From Prorocentrum cordatum (lineage: Eukaryota), in assembly GCA_963575745.1 (NCBI GenBank), contig CAUYUJ010000225.1, forward strand, positions 930,001 through 994,000: a stretch of DNA of 64,000 nt. The letters run 5' to 3'. Positions 47,136 through 60,535 of the stretch are shown here, piece after piece; the first letter of the stretch is position 1, and every line of letters starts with the position of its first letter. The translations under genes and the position numbers were made by a program. The notes below the pieces were generated by a model. It was not told the DNA's origin. It saw only the letters and a program-made list of their open reading frames with translations, and did not search any database.

Positions 47136-49205
47136 GTGAGACAAAAGGGTATCTGAAGCGGTCGTAAAGCGAGTCTACGAGCGGGCGCGGAAAAAAACAC
47201 GGCGCCGGAGGGAAGTGGGGGACGTTGCCAGCCCCCTCGCCCCCCCACTCCCCTCTCCTCCAGCAACGGCCGTCATCGCCAGGGGATCTAAAAAACAGGG
47301 CCCGGAGGGGGGTGGGGGGGGGGGCCCGAAAGCCGCGCACCGAAGAGGTCACTCTGGCGAAGGCTCACTCCGACGTGCACCCGGCCCCGCGGCGGCGCGC
47401 CCTCGCCCGCGGAAGGGGCCGTGCCTGGGGGCCCGGGACCTGGGCCCCTGCGTGCGAGACGCGCCGGTGCAGTCATCGCACTGCCTGAAGGAACGCGAAA
47501 GAAGGAACGAAGCCCCTTGGAAGCTGAAGAAGGAGCGCGAAGGAAGGAACACAGCACAAGGAGTCCCAAGAAATGAGCGCCAGTGAGGAGCGCGAGAGTG
47601 ACCCCTCCCTCTGCCGAGCCCGAACTGGACCTTGCTTCAGCGTCATGACTCATGACTGTATGGCGAGCGCGCGCGCGCGCCACTCCCTAGGAGGGAGGAG
47701 GCCTGGCAATAAACTTTCGGAGGTCCGCAGGGACTTCTCGGATCAGCGCAGGACCCACTCGAGCGGAGCGCGCCAGGGGGGCCCAGCCCCGATCCAAGAA
47801 CTCTGCGTTCCGAGAGTTTACGTCTTATTTATGGTGTTTTGTCTTTTTCGATGGGCATCTCCTCCCACTGCCCCTCTTCCCCGCTCGCCCGAGCACGCCG
47901 AGCAGTGAGTGGCCGCAAACTCGGTGACGGGAAAGCGCAGGCGTCGGGCGATGACGGCAGTGGCGGCGGCGCCGGTGGTGACGGTGCTGGCTTGCGCGCG
48001 CCGCGAGCACGTGGTGACAGATATTACCGCCGCGCAGCCAGCTGCGCAAAGGCTCCGCCGCAGACGAGGTGGGCGAATGCAATTCGAGCCTCTCGCTGCA
48101 CCAGCCACTGCCACCGGTCCAACCGTTGCCGCTGCCGCTGGTGCTGCAGCCGTCACGCCCCGCTACCGCTGCTGCAGCTGAGAGTATCGCCGACATGCCG
48201 TGGAAAGGTGCTGGCGGTCGCCACTGCCGCTGCTGCTGCTGGGAGCATCGCGGCTGTGCCGCGGAGGGACCACCGCTGATGACTTTGCTGCGTACTCCCA
48301 CGGAGAGCAATACGAGAACGGTGCACATGCACCGCACGTATCATGTCTGGACTCCCTTCAGGCCACGCTCCAGCGCAGTACGGTGCATACTTTTTTGGCT
48401 CTGAGGGCCGAATTGCTGTGCACCCTACCATTCCACGGTCGAGGATCGACGACGCCTCAAGAGACGCCACCGCGGTACAGTGCACACAGGTCGCCTGGGG
48501 ACGCAAGGAGACCGAAGCGAGGAGGCCTTGGCAGCGCGCGGCCTTGCTCGCAGGGCAGCCGATACCACGTGCGCCGGCGGCGCCAACAAAGGGGCCTTCC
48601 AAGACATCGAGAGGGCTTCCAGGAAGGCAGGCGGCTTCTTTAAGAGCCCTCCTGGCCTCCGGGAGGCCTTCCCAGATGCCGATGGGCCCTTCTTTATCGG
48701 GGGCGGCCAAGACGGGGGCCTCCAAGAGGGGGTGGTGGCGCAAGTGCGCGGCCCAGGGGGGGGGGGGCGGGGACGTATTGAAACAAGAAAAAGGCGCCAT
48801 GAAATCTGGGGAGATCTCGAGGCCCCCGCCACGATATCCACCCACCCCGAAGGTCATCCCCCCCCTCTTGGCCGCCCCCGATCCTATACCCCCCTCGCGC
48901 CACCCTCTTGACGGGTAGTTCCAGCCAGGTCCCTCCTCCTCCTCCTCCTCCTCCTGCTCCTCCTCCTCCTCCTCCTCCTGCTCCTCCTCCCTCCTCCCCC
49001 CTCCTCCTCCTCCTCCTCCTCCTCCTCCTCCTCTCCTCCTCCTCCTCCTCCTCCTCCCTCCTCCTCCTCTCCTCCTCCTCCTCCTCCTCCCCTCCTCCTC
49101 CTCCAGGTGTGTCCCTCCTCCAAGACGACCCGGCGCGGTTCCAGCCGGCGCCCCCCTCCTTGGGTGGGCCGAGGCGGCTCGGCGCGCCAGAGGTCTATGT
49201 ATATC

Positions 49206-49257
<52 letters not shown>

Positions 49258-49869
49258 GACCATGAATATATACATATGTGTAGATACATAAATGTATATA
49301 TATGTGTGTAGTATACGTATACAAGACTTGAAGCTTGCTGCGCTTCGCTTAAAAGTCTTGGTGTGGTGCATTGTCAGGGGCAAGGGGGGGAGGACAAACA
49401 GGCGTTTTGGGCCGAGGCGCAGCTGCATGTGCAGGCCAATGGGGCTGCAAGAAACGGCAAAACACGCGGAGTGATGGAAACAGGGGTGCGCGTTCGACGA
49501 CGGCGACGACGACGTTGTCGTCGTCGTCGCCGTCGTCGCCGTCGTCGGTCATCTAGAAGTGGCCCGCGGTTTTCTGGAACAGTTTTGGGGCCTTTCGGCA
49601 TTTGGGTTGGTTTGGGTCGACGCTGCCGTCGTCTATGCTCGGTTTCGGAAGGGCCGCGTGGAGCCCCAGAGACGAATCTGCCTTGTGCCTCGGAACGTGC
49701 GATGCAAAGGCTTAGCCAAGGAACTGTTCCAAAAATCTCTCCGTCATGTTTTGTCGTCCGCTGTTTGCCTCCTGGTTGAGCGGTCTGCGTTGGCTGGGAT
49801 GGCGTCCTACTGCATGGTGCGCGAGACGAGTGTGCTCACGGGCGGCGTGGGTCCAAACGACACCTTCGA

Positions 49870-50990
49870 CAATGATATTCGATCACCTTGATGAGGTACC
49901 GTCGGGCCCCGCAAAAATAATCCTTCAAGAAAACGACGATCTTCTGCAACCGGTCGTGGAAGACGCGGGCGACGATGTCGGGTCTGTCGGCAGCCGTTTG
50001 TCCGCGGCACAGTTGGTTCACAATCTCTGGCCAAGAAGGGTTGCACGTCAGGGTGATGAAGAAGGACGGCGGGCCTTTGCGTCGCGCCAGCTCCAGGGCG
50101 TCGACGCGCAATCGCCGAAGATGGCGAGGTGACCCAGGGACGCTGGACGGTAGGACGTACTGCTTGCCAACGGCCCCTGCCTTTCTGGTATCGTTTGCGA
50201 GCCCATCGCAAAGCTCCTGTCGAGTTGGGCAACGCTGTCGTTGTTGGTGACGAATGTGGGAAAACCTCTCGTGTTCCATGCGCGTGAGCATGTTGATGAG
50301 CCACTCATTGAGCAGCCGCCCGCAGAGGTGCATGTGTGTGACGCGAAGCAGTTGTTGGCGATACCACCACATTTGTGTAATTTTGTGGCCAGTGGTGCTC
50401 GCAACGTCAGTGCTCCAGCCGCGGCCACCGAACGGGTACCACAGGGGGTAACTGAGGGGCTCGTAGAAGGGGCTTAGCGGGTGCAGGTAAGCAGGCTTGT
50501 CGTTGCGCTTGCACGTGAAAACGATGGACTGGTTGTTGCGGTCGTGACCGGGGCCGACGTCCAGTATACCAGCCACTTCGTTGACCCCCTCATGCCACTC
50601 CAAGATAATGTTGGCGTTTGCTGCTCGTTTGGGTTGGGGAGGGAAACGCTGAATGAGCTGCATGTGGGCGTTCCGCAGCACGATGAGCTTCTCGAGCGTT
50701 TCGGTAGTGTGCTTGTTGAGGCCGTGTTCTGCGGCGGTGGCGAAACGGTCCTGCGGGTCGTGCACCAAATATCGAAGGGTGACCTGGTCCGCCAGAGAAA
50801 ATACGCGGCGATAAATTGTCCCATGAATACGAATGTTTGCTGGACGGCGGACGTCTCCGAATCGAAGTTCCGGTGCTGCACTGGATTCCGTGTTGTGCGA
50901 GAGCGAAAAGGCTACGGCTATTGTAACGTCTCGATTGCGCTGTGAAGCCAGTGTAGCAATGATCGTTGGCGGGGGCGTCATAAACATTGT
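49870..50990 (-). mobile_element. Helitron Rep (Helitron_like_N) fragment
   Basis: YEPLSYPLWYPFGGRGW, GRLLNEWLIN, LPSSVPGSPR, PSFFITLTCNPSWPEI, DRPDIVARVF, VIEY. Homology stops just before the HUH motif. Confidence 0.88.
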
Positions 50991-53066
50991 CTCCACAATC
51001 GTCTTTGAGCGGCCAATGGGGGCACAGCCATGCCCGCGTCGAGGGGACCCTCGCCGGGCCCCAGGACCGCTACGAAACGACCCGAACGGAAAAGCCGGCC
51101 CTGGGGAAGGGTCGGCTTTCCAGGGGGCGTGGCAGAGGGTGCTGGAGCGGGCAGGAACCACTAGCGAGATCTTGGGGGGGTGGGGGGGGACCCGGAAGAA
51201 TTCTTAGGCTTCTGGGACGTCTTGAGCGGCACGGCTAAATCATATACGCCACGTATATAAATGATACCCCGCGCACATCTGATCAGGGCGCGCGCGCGCG
51301 CTGCTCCTGACGAGGCCCCCTGTCACGAGGCCACGGGCCCGATCTCGCGACAGGGGCCTAGCTGCCCCGGTACGCAACACGCAACACGTACCGTATCGAT
51401 ACGGAACTCAACACGTCGGCTGAAAACGTAGGTCCGACGCGATACACTCGCCAATACGTGGTCCAATACGTGGAGCCAACACGCAATGTATTGACACGGA
51501 CGTCTTGAACACGGCACGTGTTGCGTATCAAAACGCGCGTATCGAGGCAACTAAGGACAGGGGCCTTCCTCTCGAGGGCGCGCGGCGACGCCCTCGCGAT
51601 TGAAGTCTTCCCCCCGCCGATGGCGCCGCAGCTCCCTGGTCCAGGAGCTGAGAGCCAGGGCCGGCGCGACGATGACGGCCCGGGGGGGGTCAAGCCATCG
51701 AGGGCGCGGCAACCTCCTGCGCCTCCTCCTCCTGCTCCTCCTCCTCCTCCTCCTCCTCCTCCTCCTTCTCACCCCCCTCCTCCTCCTCCTCCTCCTCCGC
51801 CTCCGCCTCCTCCTTTCCTCCTCCTCGGGGGCTGGCCCTGGGGAGAAGGCGCGCCCTGGGGACTTCCAGGGGCTCCGTGCTGACAGCAAAATCTGGACAT
51901 CGGGCGTCTGGGGTGCACTCGGCGGCGACGACTGGGGCGGACAGCCCAGGGGCGGGCATCACACGCACTCGCCCGGGAGCCTTCTCGAAGAGCACCTGGA
52001 TACATGTATTGCTCTCCCCTTTGCTATTCGCCCCCATCGTCGCCTCGGATGCATCTGTGGGTGCGACGGCCAGAGGTGCATCTTGGAGCCAGGCCCTGCG
52101 TCGATGATGTCAGAGAACTCCCTCGGGCACCTGCTGAGAGATCGGTTTCCACTCTTCTCGGCACCGGCCGCACGTCGTCTCTCCCAGCGTTCCTGCTTCC
52201 TTGAAGGGGACTGCTGCCGCTGACGCCTCAATCTGTATCTCACCTGCGGCGGGCGAGCGCGATCGCTGGCGGACGCAATCAGTGAACTCCCGCTCGGCCA
52301 AGCGATGCGCAGCGCCAGGACTGTGACAGTCCTGGCCACAGTCCTGGCGCGGTTGGGAAAAATCTTGGGCTGTGACACAATCACTGTGTCACTGCACGCA
52401 GAGCCTGTACATCACGTGGTCCTTTCCAAGATTATCTGCTACTCTGTCTTCGGCAGGCGGCCGCCAAACCAAGGCGACCACTGCTGACCCTCAGAAAACG
52501 GAACAGCCCGGACGGCCAGGATGTCCCCTATTTGGCCCTAGAGCACAACAATACCGCACAGATCGTTGTCGATCATCAGCTGCTTTGCCCAAGTTGAAAA
52601 ATTTGCCCGTTGCTGCGACTGCGCCTGCACCCGTGATGATACGTGTGCCCACTCCCATTGCCCGTGTCTGAGACTGAGTCTGTGTTTGCGGTGGCGTCCC
52701 TAGCGTTGCATCCAAATGCGCGTTATCCAATCGCGCGGCCTCAGGACAGGAGCAGCAACAGGACGAGGGAGAATAATAATAAGAACAAGAAGAAGAATAA
52801 TAAGAAGGAATAATAACAAACTTAGAAGAAGAACAGCGATTGTAGCAGCAGCGGCGGCGGCTTTAACACCCATGTTCAATCATCGGGGCCGGATTATTTG
52901 CTCGACTTTCTCCGGCTTCTCCAGCTTCTCCGGCTTCTCCGCCGTTTGCGGCTTCTTCGGGGGAGGCTTCTGGAGAATCCACCCGTATAGTGCTCAGAAA
53001 TGTCATGGTCTGTCGCGGGCAAAGCGGGGCCGCCCAACGGCCGTCCTCGGCGCGGGATGGAGCGCC

Positions 53067-55687
53067 TCACAGCCGAACCCGGAGCGGGGCCCCGGGAGAG
53101 CTCGCCTTCCGAGAGCGGTCGGCGGGGAAGCAGCCGTGCCGGCCGCCGCCGTCCTCCAGGCTCGAGCGGACCAGCTCCAGCGTGGCGAGCACCTCCTGCA
53201 GGACGAACAGCGCGGCGGCGGCGCGCATGCCGCCGCCCCCGTCGTCGTCCCCGCTGGGGCCGCCGTGCCGCTTGCGGCTGGCCGCGGCGCCCTCCAGGGC
53301 CAGCCGCATGTGGCGCTCCACCTCCCCCGCCCAGGGGCGCGCCGCCCCCGCGGCGGCGCCGCACGCGGCGCCGCCCGGGCTGCCGGCCTCGGCGTCCTGC
53401 TGCGCTGGCGCCGCGGGCCTCCTGCGGCTCAGCCTCGCGGACAGCACGCCCACGGCCCGCGAGAGCGCGCCGGGCAGTCCCCCGGCAGCGAGGGCGCAGG
53501 ACACGCGCTCGTCGCCCAGGACCCGCTCCACGCCGCTCTCGAAGCCGGGCTCCGCCAGCGAGGCCAGCACGTGGCACTGCCGCACCAGGCGGTCCAGGAA
53601 CGGCGCGGCGGCGATGCACTGCTGGCCGTTCGCCAGGGCGGCGCTGGCCTCGGCGGCGCCACAGCAGCACGGCGCCCAGAGGAGGCCCAGGCAGATGGGC
53701 TCCCCCACGTCGCTGCCGATGCGGCTCTCGCAGGCCACGTCGAGGGTCAGGGAGCCGGGCCTGCCTGGCCTGTCGCCGAGCTGCAGCCGCTCCTTGCACT
53801 CCCAGGTCTCGTGGCGCAGCCTGCGGACCGCGGCCCGCAGGCGGCGCTCCTCCGCCGCTGCCTCGCCGCCCTCGCCGCCGCCGGCCGCAGCCGGCTGCGC
53901 GCCAGCCGCCCCCGTGGACTGCGCGCCAGCCTCCGCCGCCAGCTGCTCCTGCTGCCCAGTGGGCAGCTCGTGCGCCCGCAGCGGCCCTGCGCGCGTGGGG
54001 CGGAAGCCGCCGCCCTCTCCCGAGCTGCCGTGGCGCGCGGCGTGCGCAAGGGAGGCGCAGGCGGCTGCGACGGTCTCCTGCGCGAGCTCCAGCGCCTCCA
54101 GCTCCTGGGCGCGCAGCTGCTCGATGGCCCTGTCGGGGGCCACGAAGATGGACACCGCAGCCGCGATCACCAGCCCAACGGCCACGCTGGCAATCCTCTT
54201 GATGACCCAGTATTCTTGCGCCGCCATCAGCTCTGGGTCGCGCGCGTGGAGGGCGCCGTTCGCGGGCGACAGGATCAGGACGTACGTCAGGAAGGCCACT
54301 GCCCCACCGTACTGCAGTTCCCCGTCGAAGAACTTCAGGCACCCCGCCACCAAGAGCGCATGGGCCGACAGCGCGGACGAGTCGTTGACCTCGACGAAGA
54401 CTGAGAGGAGCCCGAAGCAGCCTCCGACGACGGTGCCAAAGAACCTAAGGGCGCTTTTGAAGATCGCGGCCCCTTGGACCGGCGTGATGCAAAGAGCCAC
54501 GGTAAAGACAGACCAGGAGCCCATCTCTTCCAGCTCTGCGCCCACGCGCCCCAGCACCAGAGATGCCTGGAAGCAGGAGGCGAGCAGGACCCCCAAGCCG
54601 AGACGGAGCGCGTGCCTGCCGCTCCCCGCGCGGGCTTCGCTCCACACGGCCGTGCCCGCGAACGGTGCCGCGAGCCACGCGCGCAGGCCTACGCCCCTCT
54701 CCTCTCGCTGGGCCGCCTCCGCCGCCAGATGGCCGCTCTGCGCCAACTCCTCCGCCAGGTCCGCGGCAGCGTCCGCCGCGGCGGCGGCGGCCTCCGCCGA
54801 GGCGACGACGGCCAGCAGCAGCGCGTGCACGGAGATCCCCTGAGCAAACACATCGGCCGAGGCGAGCGCCTCGGGGCCAGGGCCCTCCGCCGCCGCCGGG
54901 TCCTCCGGAAGCGGCGCCTGCGTGAAGGTGTCCGCCCGCGCTCGGGCCGGCGGCGCCAGGGTCCCACTGTACAGCCCCTGCACCACATCGACGGGGTCGA
55001 CGCGGGCGCGGCCCGGCAGCAGCTCCGTCAGACGGCCGACCCAGGACGTCTTCGCGAAGGTCTCCCGCTGCGCCTGGAACATGTCGAGTGCCCTTCGGCA
55101 CGCCGCCGCCGCCAAACGGCACTCGGCGGCGCACACGTGCCCCGACCCCAGCGCCTCCTCCCCAGGGATATCCTCGACGGCGTCGGACCCGACCAGGCTC
55201 GCCGTCAGCGACCCGGCGGCCCGCAGGGCGCGCGACACGGCCTCGGCCAGGCCCAAGTGCGCGTCCTCCAATGGCCCGCGGCCGTAGAGGTCCCTAAGAA
55301 GGGCAGTGAGCCGGCCTGGCGCGGAGAGAAAGCGAACCTTAGCCAGCATCTGGAAGTTGAGCAGCACGCGGCACGCCTCGGTGCTCGTGGTCAGCTCGGC
55401 GGCGGCCCTCGGCACCCGCTGGCCGCGGCCGCACTCCTCGAGAAGGGCCCTGGCGCGAGCGGCGTGCAGCTCGAAGCGCGTGTCCCGGACCTCCATCCAG
55501 GCGTGGCGGCGCCTCAGCAGCGCGGAGGGGTGCACGTCCCGCCAGAAGGCCAGCGCCTCGGCAAAGTCCGCGCACTGGAACAGCTGCTTGGCCAGCAGGG
55601 ACTGCACCCGCAGGCGGGCGCGCGGGGGGGCGATGCCGAAGGCTGGCGGCGCGCCCCGGGCGGAGGGGGGCGCGAGCGAGGAGAAGC
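53067..55687 (-). CDS. FUSC/ArAE/ALMT-like membrane transporter, large exon (3' end uncertain)
   Basis: RHALRLGLGVLLA, WSVFTVALCITPVQGAAIFKSALRFFGTVVGG, YGGAVAFLTYVLIL and KRIASVAVGLVIAAAVSIFVAP match the FUSC_2/ALMT transmembrane pattern. Acceptor ATAAAG|GC at 55688 (phase 1). Confidence 0.72.
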
Positions 55688-55919
55688 CTTTATAGAAGCA
55701 TCCAGGCTTTCTTTGGACACGCGCTAACATGGATTGCCCCCCCAGACATGCACAAGCGAGTCGACTTTGTATGGCGGCGGGGGGCCCGTCGCTGATCCAC
55801 GCGCCTTGGTCCGTATGTTCGCTTCCCCGAACCCGGACAGGGCCCCTGCCTTCTTGCAAGCCCCCCCGCCCTCTCAACAAGAAGGGCCCCCACCCCTCCT
55901 CCCCCGCCCGCCGACCCGC

Positions 55920-56133
55920 CTCCTCCCGTGCGCGCCGCCGCGAAGGGCAGGAACAGGCAGGCGAACGCCGCCACGGAGCCGATGATGACCGCCGCGCACA
56001 GCGCCACGGCCGCGTGCACCGGCACCAGCGCGCCCCCGCCGCTCATGCAGAGCGCGGGAGGGAACAGCGCCAGGAACACCACGCTCGGATCGCCGACGAG
56101 GGCGGGCAAGGGCGCCCGCTGGAGCTGCGCGAC
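55920..56133 (-). CDS. Upstream exon of the same transporter gene
   Basis: Acceptor GGAG|GTC at 56134 and donor AG|GCGGGT at 55919 (phase 1), which joins in frame to 55687 across a 232-bp GC-AG intron. Encodes hydrophobic VVFLALFPPALC...AAVIIGSVAAFACLFLPF. Confidence 0.65.
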
Positions 56134-56619
56134 CTCCGAGGATGGGGGGCCCTCATGCCTTCCACATCTCTGGGAGGGGGGAGGGGAGGAAGTGGAGGAG
56201 GAGGAGGAGGAGGAGGAGGAGGAGGAGGAGGAGGAGGAGGAGGAGGAGGAGGAGGAGGAGGAGGGGGGGGGGAAGAAGGGGGGGAAGAAGATGAGAAGGG
56301 GGGAGAAGAGTGGGGAAGGAGGAGGGAGGGAGGAGTGCAATCACAGTGACTGAGGCTACCGCTGGCGTCTCGGCTACGTTCCCAGAGTTGGCTCGTGTGC
56401 AGGGTACCTCGGCCCCATCTTTTGCAGGAGTCAGGCGCGGCAAGCGCCACTCCATCTCTAGGCGCGGGAGACACCATCTTTCCGTGTTTGAACTTGTAAT
56501 ACTTACAGCCCGCATTGTGCAGTCGCAGGCTGTGATAAAATATCAGTACAATCACATCAGCAGCAGCAGCAGCCGCCTCGACAGCGATCCTACTACACTG
56601 ACATCGCGGAACAATGTCA

Positions 56620-59062
56620 CAGAGGCGTGGGTCGAATACGCCTTTGGATATACGGCCCGCCAGGACGATGTCGGGGTGGTCCTGCGATGGAGCAGCAGAC
56701 TGGAGAATATCGACGACTTCACAGAGAACGTTCGTATCTGCCTCAGGGACCAACGGCGGAGAGCGGCAGCTGTGCGGCGCGCGCCTGATCGACGTGATGG
56801 CCGACGGCTCAGCCCAGAAGAGACAAGCGTTCGCCTTCCCAGCAGCATTTCTAGACAAAGAAGAATGAGCTCAATCGCTCGCACAGTATCTCAAGGATTA
56901 GCTCGGGGACCAGACACCCATCGACCTCATTAAGCTGCGAGTGCAATACAGCTGTCAGCTGACGTGCAAGAAGCGCGGTAGAACAAAAAACATATATGGC
57001 AACCGTGAGCACGAGTTCTATCACAAGCTGCAGAGATCCTTCGTCCAAATCCGTAAGACCCTGCTGAACAAGGAGGGAGAAACGGAGTACCTAAGACAGA
57101 GCTGCGAGGATATCTACTTCTACACAACAGCGGTCTCGACACGACGGAACGGGCCGGCGATGCGAACGGCCACACGTACACGAGAGAAAGGACCGTCGAG
57201 GTTCGGACTAGCAACCGGCCAGAAGGCGAGCTACGCCGTCGAGACGGAGCTCATGACGCCCATGCAGCAGATAGACTCGACTTCGACGGCGAAGGCCAGT
57301 CAGAGGACCTCCATGACTACCAAGAGTACGAGGAGGCCGACTGCTCCTTCGAGAACGAGTACGGCCCGAGCGAGTCGAATCATGACTCCTATGAGGCGGA
57401 TACGCAGCAAGAAGTCATCACGATGATGAAACAAGCACAGCGGACGTTCAAGAAAGCCTGCAACCTGGTGATGCACAGCAAGGTGAACCGCGCTACTACC
57501 CTGCCCGAATGGCTCGCGGACGAGGCCGCCCTACCCTGGAAGCGGACGACCACCCTTTCGCCAAGGAGATGGCCAGCGAGGACCCCAGCGAGTTCCCCGA
57601 CCACCCCAGGGTGGAGGATTTCCAGGACCAGATCGTGGACGGCGACATCCTGGCCGTGGGCCGTCCCCTCTGGCAGAGGCCGGCAGCCCCGACTTGACCG
57701 AGGACGGGGACGACCCCGTGGCGGACAGCCTACACCCTGCGAAATGCTTTAGAAATCATGGGTTAAGAAATTCATAGTCTCAGAACTTGAATTAAAACCC
57801 AGAATTCCTATCGAAATCTTAGGATTCACACTGAAACATTAAGAATAATCGAGACTCTGGCCGAAGACTGAAGTTTTCTTAAGCATCGCCTGGGGTGTAC
57901 ACCAGCAGGAGGACCCGACAAGAAGTGCCTCTAGTGCGGCAAGGCTGACCACCTGACCAAGGACTGCCTGGAGCTGAAGGGCTCAGGCCGACCCGCTTTC
58001 CGCGGAATCTGTGGCTACGTCATCAACATCGCGATCGAGGAGCGCAGCCTCTACGCGTTCGCGACCTTCCGCTTCCATCAACGCCAAGGAGTGCCATTGC
58101 CGCGTGATCGTGGACAGCGGCGCATCTCAGAGCATAGCAGGCCTACAAGGCCATGGCTGAATGCAGCGCTGGACAAAGTGCATCATCGGTACGGCGAGGA
58201 CCTGATTACAGTCGACCTGACCTGAAAGCCGGAGTTCACCTTCGCCGACGGCGAGAAGGCGAAGCGCTTGGGCCACCTCACGACCCGGTCCTTCATCGCC
58301 GAGATTTTTGGCATGCTGACGCTCACGGGCCTGAACAAGCCTGGCCCCGCGCTGCTCGGCATGGACACTTGCAGGCCCTGGGTGTCTGCGTGCACTTCGA
58401 GAATGGCAGATGCGTGGTCAAGAGCCTGGCCCAGGAATTCACCCTGCCCAAGCTTGGCAACGGCCACCTGGTGCGAGAAATCATGAAGCATCCAGCGAGT
58501 TTGTCGCCGGCGCGCAAGGGAGCCAAGCCGCTTCCAGCTGTTCCGCCACAAGAGGGACAGCTCTTTGACTCGGCAATGGTGCCGCATGAGGCCGAACAAG
58601 GTACAAAGAGGTTGGCACCAGATCCCCATCTTCGCCGACATCATTACCACTTCCGCCACCAGCTCGTTCTACGTTACCTTAGCTTTAACAAGCGAACGGA
58701 CAGATGATGGAACATCATCTTATTCACTCGCATTATCATCAGGTGTACCACCACCAACGTCGACACCACCATCTGGCACATCAGATATAACATTTAACAT
58801 CCAACACATCACGCACGAGTACATGCAAGCATACCGAAACCTACCGAGACACGAACACGGATACTCTAGAATACGGAAACTAATTGGGTACTACACACAT
58901 GGTACACGCCACATGTACACTGTACTCGCTGAGACTCGGTACATCGCAGCATCTCCTGCATCTCTACGTTCCCGAGCCCGAGCCCACAGCTTCTGGCCAA
59001 GCTCCAGATGTTCAGGGACGGCATCTCCGTATTGTTCGGCCGTCTGGCCTCTCCGTAGAGGA

Positions 59063-59093
<31 letters not shown>

Positions 59094-60535
59094 GAGGAGG
59101 AGGAGGAGGAGGAGGAGGAGGAGGAGGAGGAGGAGGAGGAGAAGGAGGAGGAGGAGGAGGAGGAGGAGGAGGAGGAGGTGAGCACGCCCGCGGGGCGGAC
59201 GGGATGCTCAGAGCTGCGGAGCGCCCCCGCTGGACCCTCCGGGCGCGCCTCGATCGGAGCCGGAAGCCTACCGGCCACAGCTCAGCGAGAGAGCTGCCCA
59301 TGGGCCTGGCGAAGCGGGCCACGGCCCAGGCCCGCTGCGAGGTCGGCTCGGAGGCGAAAGAGATCTGAGGCCGGATGCTGCTACGAGTGCGTGCCGAAGC
59401 AGCGGAAGGAACAATTCGAGGCCGCCGCGGAAAGAGAAGCCCTGGAGGACATCTTCGAGGAGGAGTTCGGGGCGCCGTGTCTAGTCTGCAGCCACATCGG
59501 CCACATCGAGGACGCGATCTACGAGGGCTGTTGACACGATCTGACCTGCCTCGACGTCGACGTGGATGGGGAGGACCCCCCCGCACTTTCGGCACGGCCG
59601 AAGGAGTCTTCACCTGCAGAGGAGAATGTCCCAGAGTGAAAGTTGCAGTGCAGTTGCAGCAGGTACGTGAGATACTCGGCACAAGGAAGATTTCGACAAT
59701 CTTGAATGGCCTGGAAGAGATCGCCCCGATATTCCAGAAGGACCTGGAGGTGATGAAAGCGGAGGGTTTCAGCTTCCAGGGCATCAGACGGATGATCCAG
59801 GAATGCTACGACCGCCTGCAGAAGCAAGAGGAGAACGCCATCGCATCCAGGCTCGCAGCAAAAGCGGGCGCATCGACAACAACCCCGACGCCGACAGCCT
59901 CAGACGCGACAGCGTCATCTCCACCTGCAGCGGTCTGGCCTGCGACGGCAGCTCGCCCGTCGTCATCGGCGACGAAAGGGGTTGCCATCAAGGCAACGAC
60001 AGCGGACCGACCGCCAACGACACGCCCTCGACCGACTGACACCCAAAACTTCTGCAAGAACCAAGTCTTCAAGCCAACCGGCGAGTTTCAGAGGATGCAC
60101 CACCACCCAACCTAATGGAACTGGCAGCCACCGCTGCCGGCACCGTCACACGAGAACGCCTACTTCACGCTGCCTTCCAGCACCTTCAGACCAATTCTGG
60201 CCGTGGTTGCCACTTCATGAAGGAGCGCAAGCATGAAGCAGCGCAGGGGCTCCATCGGGAGACCCCCATACAAGCCTGGCTGTGATGTGCTGGAACCACG
60301 GCATGGGCATGGAGTGCTCCGGGCGGGTTCCTGGGCAAGCTCAAGGCGGATCGGCACTACAACGCATCGGGCCGCTGCCTCGGCCGCCTCAGGCATGAAC
60401 GAAAGGCATAGAGAATACACTCGCAAAGGATGCTGTGGACCTGTGCGGTCGCCTGGACGTGCTGGAAGTGTGCGCACCTGCGGACAGCCTGCTAGCCGAA
60501 GCGATCGGCAATGACGGCAGCGCGACTATCAGGCG
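56620..60535 (+). mobile_element. Decayed copia-like retrotransposon (Gag, zinc knuckle, protease, start of a DNMT-like domain)
   Basis: Gag-like LRWSSRLENIDDFTENVRI / ERQLCGARLID. Knuckle CL*CGKADHLTKDC (~57925-57968). Protease VIVDSGASQS (~58105) with FTFADG and PALLGMD. LDVLEVCAPADSLLAEAI (~60455-60510). Stops, frameshifts and insertions throughout. Confidence 0.68.
57733..57897. mobile_element. 165-bp AT-rich MITE with TA TSD (Tc1/mariner type)
   Basis: TA|caccctgcgaaatgctttagaaa ... tttcttaagcatcgcctggggtg|TA. Removing it plus one TA restores the Gag frame RGGQP-TPAGGPDKKC. Confidence 0.75.

Noticed and set aside
47660..47692. GC hairpin followed by CTAG as a second Helitron end
   Set aside because: The stem is mostly a (GC)n run, CTAG is followed by G rather than T, and no 5' end was found.
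52716..55727. Plus-strand ORFs of 400-617 aa
   Set aside because: Antisense shadows of the GC-rich minus-strand transporter exon.
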